Assembly (NCBI GenBank): GCA_964369755.1
Contig: CAYJFY010000020.1
Span: 1,408-25,407 of the forward strand
DNA length: 24,000 nucleotides
Direction of reading: 5' to 3'
DNA from: an uncultured Lachnospiraceae bacterium
Lineage (GTDB): Bacteria > Bacillota > Clostridia > Lachnospirales > Lachnospiraceae
Below are positions 1-7,470 of this stretch, piece after piece (position 1 is the stretch's first letter; each line of letters begins with the position of its first letter). The notes under the pieces are model-generated. The model was not told the DNA's origin. It did not search any database and saw only the letters and a program-made list of their open reading frames with translations. A program made the translations under genes and the position numbers.

Positions 1-546
1 TCTGATAAAAACAGTTCAATTGTGGTAGAGTGTACGAAGACTGGAATGCAAATATATGAAAATAAAACAGGTGTATTAACAAATAACCCGTCGTTTGACA
101 TGCAGGTGCACAATCTAAATAATTATATGCATTTGACAAATAAAAATCCTATCAATACAATGACAGATGAAATTGAATTGAATTATTATTGCATGGGGAT
201 GGGTGCACTGGGGCTGCCAGGAGATTTTTCATCACAATCTAGATTTGTGAAGGCATATTTCTTGAAGGCGAAAGCAGTTGCTCCCCAAAATGAAGCAAGT
301 TCCACTGCAGAGATGTTTCATATGCTTGGTGCGGTTTCTATGGTTCGAGGCAGCGTGGTTGATGGAGAGAATTATGACATCACTGTATATTCGTGTTGTA
401 TCAATGCAGATCTAGGAATCTATTACTACAAAACATATGAGAGCAGTGCAATTTCAGCCGTGAACATGTATCATGAAAACTTAGATAGCGATGAGCTTAT
501 TGTATATCCTTATCATACCAATACAGAAATTCATAATGTTAATTGA
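1..546 (+). CDS. Choloylglycine hydrolase / linear amide C-N hydrolase family protein (bile-salt hydrolase or penicillin V acylase-like), C-terminal part; the 5' end lies outside the window
   Basis: The frame is open from nt 1 to the TGA at 544-546. Strings typical of the family are present: VLTNNPSFDMQVHNLNNY, GLPGDFSSQSRFVKAYF, MVRGSV. The N-terminal catalytic Cys is not in the window. Confidence 0.75.
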   Translation, partial: SDKNSSIVVECTKTGMQIYENKTGVLTNNPSFDMQVHNLNNYMHLTNKNPINTMTDEIELNYYCMGMGALGLPGDFSSQSRFVKAYFLKAKAVAPQNEASSTAEMFHMLGAVSMVRGSVVDGENYDITVYSCCINADLGIYYYKTYESSAISAVNMYHENLDSDELIVYPYHTNTEIHNVN

Positions 547-625
547 TTATTGGATGCGCTACTAATTTGATGTTAAAATGAGTCTTCAAATAGAATGAAT
601 CATAGTGTATAATGAAGAAAAGTAG

Positions 626-819
626 GAGGATATAACAGAGTTTGTTAGAGAAAGAGGAGGCAGCGTATGATTGTATATCATGGAGGAGTTTATATTATTC
701 AAAATCCAGAAGTAAAGTTTTCGCGTAATTATCTTGATTTTGGAAAGGGATTTTATCTTACTACATAAAACGAAACACTAAAATTTTTAGGTTCTTATGA
801 GGTGGAATCAAATGGTTAA
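626..819 (+). pseudogene. Decayed remnant of a DUF3791/DUF3990 gene pair
   Basis: 667-768 encodes MIVYHGGVYIIQNPEVKFSRNYLDFGKGFYLTT*, which matches the conserved N-terminus of DUF3990 proteins (xLYHGS...DFGxGFYxT). The same frame continues after the TAA with NETLKFLGSYEVESNG* (769-819), which resembles the family's C-terminal end. About 100 central codons appear to be missing. Upstream, 626-670 (..EFVRERGGSV*) ends in an ATGA overlap, as DUF3791 partners do, but it has no start codon. Confidence 0.4.
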
Positions 820-839
820 AATAGATAAAGGAGAATAAA

Positions 840-1511
840 ATGCATGAAATTTTAATCATAGACGATGATATACATATCGGAAATCTGATAGAAGAATTGC
901 TAGTGAAAGAAAATTACAAAGTATTAAGAGCCTATTCAGGAACGGAGGCTCTATTATTATTGTCTACATACACACCAAATCTTGTGTTGTTGGACTTGAT
1001 GTTGCCAGGATTAAGTGGGGAAGAAGTTTTGCCGAAGATAAAAAATATTCCAACGATCATTATGAGTGCGAAGATAGACGTAGACCATAAGGTGGAATTA
1101 TTACTTGGTGGAGCAGTTGACTATATTACAAAACCATTTAACACAAAAGAATTACTTGCAAGGATTGCGGTGCAACTTAGAAAAGCCAATCATGTTACAG
1201 ATGAGTTCTTGTATTATGATAATTTGAAATTGGACACGCTACAGCATACAGTTTATGTAGGTGGAAAAGAAATAAAATTAACGAGAACAGAGTATGCTAT
1301 TTTGAAACTATTGATGCAAAACCATTCACAAGTAGTTACGAAATCCCTGATGTTGGATAGAATCAGTGGTGATACGCCAGATTGTACAGAAAATTCATTA
1401 AAAATCCATATTAGTAATCTGAGGAAGAAATTACGAGAGTTAGATGAAAAAGATTATATTGAAGCTGTTTGGGGAATTGGGTTTAAGTTAAGGGAGCATA
1501 ATCTTAACTAA
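840..1511 (+). CDS. OmpR/PhoB-family two-component response regulator (receiver + winged-helix DNA-binding domain)
   Basis: Receiver motifs are ILIIDDD, LVLLDLMLPGLSG (phospho-acceptor Asp) and a conserved Lys in ITKPF. The C-terminal Trans_reg_C-like region reads LTRTEYAILKLL...VWGIGFKL. An AAGGAG RBS lies 5-6 nt upstream of the ATG. Confidence 0.9.
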   Translation: MHEILIIDDDIHIGNLIEELLVKENYKVLRAYSGTEALLLLSTYTPNLVLLDLMLPGLSGEEVLPKIKNIPTIIMSAKIDVDHKVELLLGGAVDYITKPFNTKELLARIAVQLRKANHVTDEFLYYDNLKLDTLQHTVYVGGKEIKLTRTEYAILKLLMQNHSQVVTKSLMLDRISGDTPDCTENSLKIHISNLRKKLRELDEKDYIEAVWGIGFKLREHNLN

Positions 1512-1545
1512 ATCTTAACTATTTTCTTAACCACTTCCTTAACTC
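1501..1545. promoter_or_regulatory. Four phased direct repeats (core CTTAAC); candidate response-regulator binding site upstream of the ABC transporter genes
   Basis: ATCTTAACTA occurs at 1501-1510 and again, perfectly, at 1512-1521. TTCTTAACCA is at 1524-1533 and TCCTTAACTC at 1536-1545. Spacing is 11, 12 and 12 bp, about one helical turn. The array overlaps the stop codon of the RR gene and ends 43 nt before the ABC ATPase start. Confidence 0.4.
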
Positions 1546-1587
1546 TTTTGTTTTATTCTGTTTCTATCAAAGAAAAGGAAGGAATTG

Positions 1588-2508
1588 ATGAATATGAATC
1601 ATGTATTATGTGTCAATGGGGTATCGAAACGATATCGAAAAACAAAGGTGTTAAATAATCTTACTATGCAGATTCCTAGAGGATCTATCTATGGACTAGT
1701 GGGGAAAAACGGAGCGGGAAAGACTACAATTATTCGAATTATTTGTGGTTTACAAAATCCAACGGGCGGAAATTATAGTCTATATGGAGTAGATTATACC
1801 GATGAACAAATCGTGAAATTTCGAAAAAGAATGGGAGCAATTGTGGAAACACCCTCGATGTATCTGGATATGACTGCAAGTGATAATCTAAAGCAACAAT
1901 CCACTATCTTAGGCTTACCATCGTATGATGGAATAGATGAGCTTCTGAAACTTGTTAAGCTAGACCATGTGGGAAAGAAAAAGGCAAAACATTTTTCTCT
2001 GGGCATGAAACAGAGGCTTGCTATTGCAATTTCCCTTGTAGGCAATCCAGATTTTATCGTATTAGATGAACCAATCAATGGTTTGGATCCTCAGGGAGTA
2101 ATTGAAATCAGGGAATTGATCTTAAGACTCAACCGCGAACATCAGATTACTGTGCTTATATCTAGCCATATTTTAAGTGAGTTATCAAAACTTGCGACAC
2201 ATTTTGGTTTTATTGATGATGGTCGTATGGTAAAAGAATTGAGTGCAGAAGAATTGGAACAGGAATGCAGGAAATGTACCCGAATCGAAGTGACAAATAT
2301 AAAAACATTGGTCTATGTATTGGATGAAAAGGGAATTGATTACAAGATTTACTCAGATACAAAAGCAGATATTTATTCCAAGGTTCAGATTACAGAACTA
2401 GCCAATTTATTGTACAATAAAGGCTGTGAAATACTCTCTATATCAGAAAAAGACGAAGACTTGGAGAGTTACTATATGAATCTAGTGGGAGGTGGTAAGC
2501 ATGAATAA
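1588..2508 (+). CDS. ABC transporter ATP-binding protein (ABC-2/BcrA-like exporter ATPase with a C-terminal extension)
   Basis: Walker A is GKNGAGKTT, the signature is FSLGMKQRL, Walker B is FIVLDEPINGLD and the H-loop is SSH. The ORF track begins at TTG 1585. ATG 1588 sits 6-8 nt after a GGAAGGA RBS and is preferred. Confidence 0.9.
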   Translation: MNMNHVLCVNGVSKRYRKTKVLNNLTMQIPRGSIYGLVGKNGAGKTTIIRIICGLQNPTGGNYSLYGVDYTDEQIVKFRKRMGAIVETPSMYLDMTASDNLKQQSTILGLPSYDGIDELLKLVKLDHVGKKKAKHFSLGMKQRLAIAISLVGNPDFIVLDEPINGLDPQGVIEIRELILRLNREHQITVLISSHILSELSKLATHFGFIDDGRMVKELSAEELEQECRKCTRIEVTNIKTLVYVLDEKGIDYKIYSDTKADIYSKVQITELANLLYNKGCEILSISEKDEDLESYYMNLVGGGKHE

Positions 2509-3337
2509 CTTATTATCTTCTAATGTTATAAGAATCAAACGGGATAAAATATTCTGGAGTGTTGTAATAGCACTGTTTCTCGTGGTATTAGGTAGTATGA
2601 TAATCACTTGCGTCAATGTAGAGAAGTTGCCCGAAGATGCTACCTTCGAAGAGTATTACTTTAATTCAGCAACATATGTTGGTATGTTTTTGGCAGTGTT
2701 TTCTAGCATGTTTTTGGGAACGGAATATTCCAACGGTACCATCCGTAATAAAATGATTATCGGGAAGACTAGAACTTCGATTTATCTATCAAATTTTATT
2801 ACAAATGTTGTTGTATCTTTTCTATTAATTGTTGTAATATCTACAACTGCATTAGTTGGAATGCCCACATTGGGATTCTTCGACATTGGGATTCCAAATG
2901 TAATCGGAAATTTGATGGTTCTGCTATTTTCCATGGTTTCGTTGTCGGCAATCTTTACTTTTGTAGGAATGATTTGCTCAAATAGAACTTATACATTATT
3001 AATTTCACTCCTTGTATTATTAGTTCTTATCATGGCGGCGTCAAAATTAGATAGTATGCTTAAGGAGCCTGAAATGCTTGCTAGCGGTATTACACTGATT
3101 ACAGAAACGGGAGAATATGCCACAGAAATTAATCCAGAACCTAATCCCAACTATCTTACAGAAGATGCAAGGAATCTAGTTGAGTTAGCTATGGAGATGG
3201 TGCCTACAGGACCAATGATTAAAGTGGCTTATCTAGAGATGGAGAATTCTGTTAGAATGATGCTATTTTCAGTATTGAGTGCTAGTGTTATAACCTTCTT
3301 AGGGGTTCGGTGTTTTAGTAAAAAGGATTTAAAATAA
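2501..3337 (+). CDS. ABC-2 family transporter permease (about 6 TM segments)
   Basis: It overlaps the ATPase stop (ATGAATAA, ATG 2501; alternative GTG 2492). There are multiple hydrophobic helices (FWSVVIALFLVVLGSMIITC, YVGMFLAVFSSMFLG, ITNVVVSFLLIVVISTTALVG, LMVLLFSMVSLSAIFTFVGMI, TLLISLLVLLVLIMA, MLFSVLSASVITFLGV). Its position directly after an ABC ATPase supports the call. Confidence 0.75.
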   Translation: MNNLLSSNVIRIKRDKIFWSVVIALFLVVLGSMIITCVNVEKLPEDATFEEYYFNSATYVGMFLAVFSSMFLGTEYSNGTIRNKMIIGKTRTSIYLSNFITNVVVSFLLIVVISTTALVGMPTLGFFDIGIPNVIGNLMVLLFSMVSLSAIFTFVGMICSNRTYTLLISLLVLLVLIMAASKLDSMLKEPEMLASGITLITETGEYATEINPEPNPNYLTEDARNLVELAMEMVPTGPMIKVAYLEMENSVRMMLFSVLSASVITFLGVRCFSKKDLK

Positions 3338-3347
3338 GGAGAGTACT

Positions 3348-4229
3348 ATGGGTGTATGGATTTTATGTGTGGTTTTGTCTTTGGTAGTTATGATATTGAT
3401 TATCAAGTTACGTCTTATGAAAAAAAGCATGACAGAAATCCATACACAAATAGATACATGTTTGAGCGAAGATACTAATGCTTTGATTACTGTTACATCA
3501 AATGACAAAGATATCAAGTATCTGGCAATGAAACTGAATGAAGAACTAAGGATGCTTAGGTCTCAGAGTTTGAAGTATAAAAATGGTGACAATGAGTTAA
3601 AAGAAGCGGTTACGAATATTGCACATGACCTTCGAACTCCGCTGACTGCATTATGTGGTTACTTAGAACTGTTAGAAGAGAAAGAAAAAACAGAGGATGT
3701 AGCACGTTATATTGAATTAATTCGCAACCGTGCTGATAATCTAAAGGGACTGACAGAAGAGTTATTTCGATACTCAGTTATTATCTCTACATTGGATGAT
3801 ATCAATCTAGAGCCACTTTCTGTGAATCGTGTTTTGGAAGAATGTATTGCTAAGTCCTATGATTCGCTTACAGAGAGAGGAATTACACCTAGAATTGATA
3901 TTACTACGAATAAAATCATTCGAACACTAGATAAGGCAGCACTAATACGAGTGATTGAGAATATCATAAGCAATGCAATCAAGTACAGTGATGGAGATTT
4001 GGACATCGAATTGACAGATAGCGGAGAAATGATATTCACCAATACAGCAAGACGATTGGACGATATACAGGTTGGAAAGTTATTCAACCGTTTTTTTACG
4101 GTTGAAACAGCAGGGAAGGGAACTGGATTGGGACTGTCTGTTGCAAAAACATTGGTGGAACAAATGAATGGAAAGATAGCTGCTGAATATGTGGAGGGTA
4201 GGTTGAGTATTTGTATTTCTTATCATTAG
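3348..4229 (+). CDS. Sensor histidine kinase (single N-terminal TM, HisKA + HATPase_c; no extracytoplasmic sensor domain)
   Basis: The H-box is IAHDLRTPLTAL, the N-box NIISNAIKYS, the D/F region FNRFF and the G-box GTGLGLSVAKTLVEQMNG. The only hydrophobic segment is WILCVVLSLVVMILII, starting at residue 4. Confidence 0.9.
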   Translation: MGVWILCVVLSLVVMILIIKLRLMKKSMTEIHTQIDTCLSEDTNALITVTSNDKDIKYLAMKLNEELRMLRSQSLKYKNGDNELKEAVTNIAHDLRTPLTALCGYLELLEEKEKTEDVARYIELIRNRADNLKGLTEELFRYSVIISTLDDINLEPLSVNRVLEECIAKSYDSLTERGITPRIDITTNKIIRTLDKAALIRVIENIISNAIKYSDGDLDIELTDSGEMIFTNTARRLDDIQVGKLFNRFFTVETAGKGTGLGLSVAKTLVEQMNGKIAAEYVEGRLSICISYH

Positions 4230-4245
4230 TTCATTGTACGAAAAA

Positions 4246-4272
4246 TAAAATGCGGTCGTTTGACCGCATTTT
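4246..4272 (+). terminator. Rho-independent terminator after the histidine kinase gene
   Basis: There is a perfect 11-bp stem, AAAATGCGGTC (4246-4256) and GACCGCATTTT (4262-4272), with a 5-nt loop (4257-4261). The flanks are A-rich 5' and T-rich 3'. It lies 17 nt after the HK stop codon. Confidence 0.7.
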
Positions 4273-4274
4273 AT

Positions 4275-4303
4275 TTGACAATTTTCAAATTTATAAGTAT
4301 AAT
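4275..4303 (+). promoter_or_regulatory. Consensus sigma-A type promoter driving the toxin-antitoxin / R-M gene string
   Basis: TTGACA is at 4275-4280 and TATAAT at 4298-4303, separated by an exact 17-bp spacer. An AGGAGG RBS (4312-4317) follows. A small TACGTA palindrome (4305-4310) sits between the -10 element and the RBS. Confidence 0.65.
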
Positions 4304-4324
4304 GTACGTATAGGAGGTGGGTCG

Positions 4325-4675
4325 TTGGAGAATCAATCAAATAATTCAGACATAATAAGATTTCTTGAAAAAGTTAAAATATTATTATCTTCAGGGAAAT
4401 ATGATTTTGTTCCAAGAAGAAAAAATCTACAATCCTTAGCACTGCATGGACTTACAATCGCAGATGCTAGAGATGAGATTTTAGGATTAGTTGTAGATGA
4501 TTACTATAAAGGTCCTAAGCGAGATTTTGATACAAATAGACCCGGAGAAATATGGGAGTTTAAAAAGAATATTAATGGAATAAATTTCTATGTAAAAGTA
4601 AAAATAGTAAATGAAAATGGTGAAGATATATTGAAATGTCTAGGATTTCATGAAGATGAATTTTATAATAGATAG
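4325..4675 (+). CDS. MqsR-like type II toxin (putative ribosome-independent mRNA interferase)
   Basis: The start is assigned to TTG 4325, 7 nt after AGGAGG. The ORF-track start at 4211 would span the terminator and promoter. The sequence (..LHGLTIADARDEILGLVVDDYYKGPKRD...IWEFKK..FYVKVKIV..ILKCLGFHED) parallels my recollection of E. coli MqsR (LGLDFDGMCNVIIGLSESDFYKSM...IWQDVY..VYLKITV..LIVSFKE). The toxin-first gene order followed by a Zn-ribbon/HTH protein is as in mqsRA. Confidence 0.6.
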   Translation: MENQSNNSDIIRFLEKVKILLSSGKYDFVPRRKNLQSLALHGLTIADARDEILGLVVDDYYKGPKRDFDTNRPGEIWEFKKNINGINFYVKVKIVNENGEDILKCLGFHEDEFYNR

Positions 4676-4687
4676 GTGGTGGAGTTG

Positions 4688-5692
4688 ATGAAAAAATATT
4701 GTGAAGAATGTGGTAGAGAAGTAAAAACTACAATAATTGTAAAAAAAGAAGATTATAATGTTTGTGGTGAAACAATAGAAGTAGATGCTCAAATATTGAC
4801 ATGTGAAGAATGCGGTGAAGAATTTTATTGTGAAGAACTTGATAGTCAAACATTGATAGAAGCATACAATAAATATCGTAGACGACATAAACTTTTATTT
4901 GCTGAAGATATAAAGAGAATCAGAGTGCAATATGGACTAAGCCAGAGAAGTTTTGCAAAACTTCTTGGTTGGAGCGACAAAACTATTCGTAGATATGAAA
5001 ATGGTTCGATACAAGATAAATCACATAATAGTTTGCTTTTATTTTTGAAAGAACCTGAAAATATGAAAAGCTACATTGAAGAAAATGAAATAAAATTGGA
5101 TGATAAGCAAATCAATAAGCTATTACAGACAATTGAACAATTAGAACAAGGTAATGAGGATCAAATGAGGAGACGTCTATTTGAAATATTTTTTTCAACA
5201 ACTCCATCAGAAGATAACGGATTTAAAGTTTTTGATTATGATAAAACATGTGCAATGGTACTTTTTTTTGTAAATAAAATGGATGAGTTATTAAAAACAA
5301 AACTGTTGAAGCTCATCAATTATTCTGATATGATTTTTTATAAAGAGAATGGGGTATCTATTTCAGGAAGTCGCTATATTCATATGCCGTTTGGACCTGT
5401 TTTGAAAAATCATGATATTTTATTTGGAAAAATGGAATCTGACAATATTGCTCATATCAATATTGCAACCGAAGGGAAATATGAAAAACATCAAGTGGTT
5501 TCGGAGCATTCGTTTCCGAAGGACATATTATCTAAGAGTGAAATTGAAGTTTTAGAACGTGTATACAAGAAGTTCAAAGATTTTGGCTCTGTAGAAATAT
5601 CTGATTATTCTCATAAAGAAAAAGGATATTGCTCAACATCACATGGAGATATAATTTCATATTCGTATGCCAAATATATGTCATTGGATTAG
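4688..5692 (+). CDS. Tri-domain antitoxin: MqsA/YgiT-type zinc ribbon + XRE-family HTH + C-terminal Panacea (DUF4065, SocA/GepA-like) domain
   Basis: The zinc ribbon is CEECGREV...(about 30 aa)...CEECGEEF. The HTH reads IKRIRVQYGLSQRSFAKLLGWSDKTIRRYENG. The DUF4065-like core reads LLKTKLLKLINYSDMIFYKENGVSISGSRYIHMPFGPVLKNH. ATG 4688 follows a GGTGGTGGAG RBS, and in-frame GTGs at 4676 and 4679 are alternatives. It abuts the stop of the toxin gene. Confidence 0.75.
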   Translation: MKKYCEECGREVKTTIIVKKEDYNVCGETIEVDAQILTCEECGEEFYCEELDSQTLIEAYNKYRRRHKLLFAEDIKRIRVQYGLSQRSFAKLLGWSDKTIRRYENGSIQDKSHNSLLLFLKEPENMKSYIEENEIKLDDKQINKLLQTIEQLEQGNEDQMRRRLFEIFFSTTPSEDNGFKVFDYDKTCAMVLFFVNKMDELLKTKLLKLINYSDMIFYKENGVSISGSRYIHMPFGPVLKNHDILFGKMESDNIAHINIATEGKYEKHQVVSEHSFPKDILSKSEIEVLERVYKKFKDFGSVEISDYSHKEKGYCSTSHGDIISYSYAKYMSLD

Positions 5693-5754
5693 AACAGTAA
5701 AATAATCCCTGCAAAAGAGATTTTATAAATGAAGATGCAATTGGAGGAATAAAA

Positions 5755-7470
5755 TTGACGGATAAAGAGTTAAAAGAATTAAAAGCAAAATTATGGAGTG
5801 CAGCAGATACATTACGTGCAGATTCAGGTTTGAAGTCTACTGAGTATTCGACGCCGATATTAGGTTTGATATTTCTAAGATTTGCAGACAGCAAGTATAG
5901 GGAATACGAAACCTGTATCGCAGAAGAATATAACCAGAATAAAGGTTCACGAATGGAAAGAGAAATCAGCGAAATAGCTATTGAAAAATGTGGTTTTTAC
6001 TTGCCAGAAGAGGCGAGATACGAATATTTACTGAATCTACCAGAGAGTGAAAATATTCCTGAAAAAGTAAAGAATGCTATGTTGGCTGTTGAGAAATATA
6101 CTCCAAATTTAGCAGATACCTTACCTAAAGACGAATATTATGCTGTTGATGGTAAAGATGGAAAGGCGGTTGTAAAAAGGCTGCTAAAAGCTTTTAAAGA
6201 TATACCAGATAATACGACAATTGATATTTTTGGTGAAATATATGAGTATTTTCTTGGAGAATTTGCACTTGCAGAAGGTCAAGGGGGCGGACAGTTCTTT
6301 ACTCCACCGTCAGTAGTTAAATATATGGTAGAGGTTCTTTCACCTGTTGACGGCGAGATATTCGATCCTGCTTGTGGTAGTGGTGGGATGTTTGTGCAAG
6401 CGGCTCACTATATCCAAAAGCATAAGAAAAACGGAAATAATATTAATCTTCGTGCTTATGGTGTAGAAAAGGACAAGTCTACAGTAAATTTAGCTAAAAT
6501 CAATATGGCATTACATAATATTCGTGGAACTATTATCGAAGCAAATAGTTACTATTCGGATCCATATGAATGTTTTGGGCGATTTGATTATGTTATGGCA
6601 AATCCACCATTTAATGTAGATGGAGTTGAACTTGAGGATGTTAAAAACCAAGCGAGGTTCAATACATATGGTGTGCCACAGAATAAAACCAAAAGCAAAA
6701 AATCAGCAGGAGAAACTGTACCAAACGGCAACTACTTATGGATTAACATGTTTGCAACATCTTTAAAAGCAAATACTGGAAAAGCAGCACTAGTTATGGC
6801 AAACTCTGCGTCGGATGCAGGGAAAAGTGAAAAAGACATTAGAACTAAATTGATAGAAAGTGGTGTAATAAGTCAAATGGTAACATTGCCTTCTAATATG
6901 TTTTCCACGGTAACATTGCCAGCAACCCTATGGTTTTTTGATGCTGCACGTAAAAATAAAGATGAAATTTTATTTGTAGATGCAAGAAATGTATTCACTC
7001 AAGTGGATAGAGCACATAGAAAATTCACTGATGAGCAAATCAAAAACCTTGCTATAATCTCAAGACTTTATGAAGGTAATACCGATGAATTCACTGCTTT
7101 GATTGAGGAATATAAAGTCGAAATCACTCGCTTAGAACAAGGTGGAGAAATTGAAGAGAAGAAAGATATAGAATATTGGCAGTCCAATATTGATTGGTTA
7201 CAAGAACGATTCCCAGAAGGTAAATATCAAGATGTAACTGGACTTTGTAAAGTTGCAAAAATAGAGGGTGAGGATGGAATCAAAGACCAAGACTATTCAT
7301 TAAACCCTGGACGATATGTTGGGGTTGTTATCGAAGATGATGGTATGACAGAGGAAGAATTTAAAGAAGAAATGTTGAGCTTACAGGCCGAACTCGAAAA
7401 GCTAAATGAAGAAGCACGAGAGCTTGAGAATAAAATTTCACAGAATTTGAAAGGACTGTTCAATGAATAA
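5755..7470 (+). CDS. hsdM: Type I restriction-modification system DNA methyltransferase subunit (N6-adenine)
   Basis: The N-terminal HsdM_N-like region reads LWSAADTLR...ILGLIFLRF. Other motifs are GQFFTPPSVV, motif I DPACGSGGMF and motif IV MANPPFN. TTG start at 5755 is 6 nt after a GGAGGA RBS. Confidence 0.95.
   Translation: MTDKELKELKAKLWSAADTLRADSGLKSTEYSTPILGLIFLRFADSKYREYETCIAEEYNQNKGSRMEREISEIAIEKCGFYLPEEARYEYLLNLPESENIPEKVKNAMLAVEKYTPNLADTLPKDEYYAVDGKDGKAVVKRLLKAFKDIPDNTTIDIFGEIYEYFLGEFALAEGQGGGQFFTPPSVVKYMVEVLSPVDGEIFDPACGSGGMFVQAAHYIQKHKKNGNNINLRAYGVEKDKSTVNLAKINMALHNIRGTIIEANSYYSDPYECFGRFDYVMANPPFNVDGVELEDVKNQARFNTYGVPQNKTKSKKSAGETVPNGNYLWINMFATSLKANTGKAALVMANSASDAGKSEKDIRTKLIESGVISQMVTLPSNMFSTVTLPATLWFFDAARKNKDEILFVDARNVFTQVDRAHRKFTDEQIKNLAIISRLYEGNTDEFTALIEEYKVEITRLEQGGEIEEKKDIEYWQSNIDWLQERFPEGKYQDVTGLCKVAKIEGEDGIKDQDYSLNPGRYVGVVIEDDGMTEEEFKEEMLSLQAELEKLNEEARELENKISQNLKGLFNE

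Noticed and set aside
4211-4324. N-terminal extension of the toxin ORF as given in the ORF track (start 4211, overlapping the HK gene 3' end)
   Set aside because: The extension would run through the HK terminator hairpin (4246-4272) and the consensus promoter (4275-4303). An AGGAGG RBS followed by in-frame TTG 4325 gives a far more plausible start.
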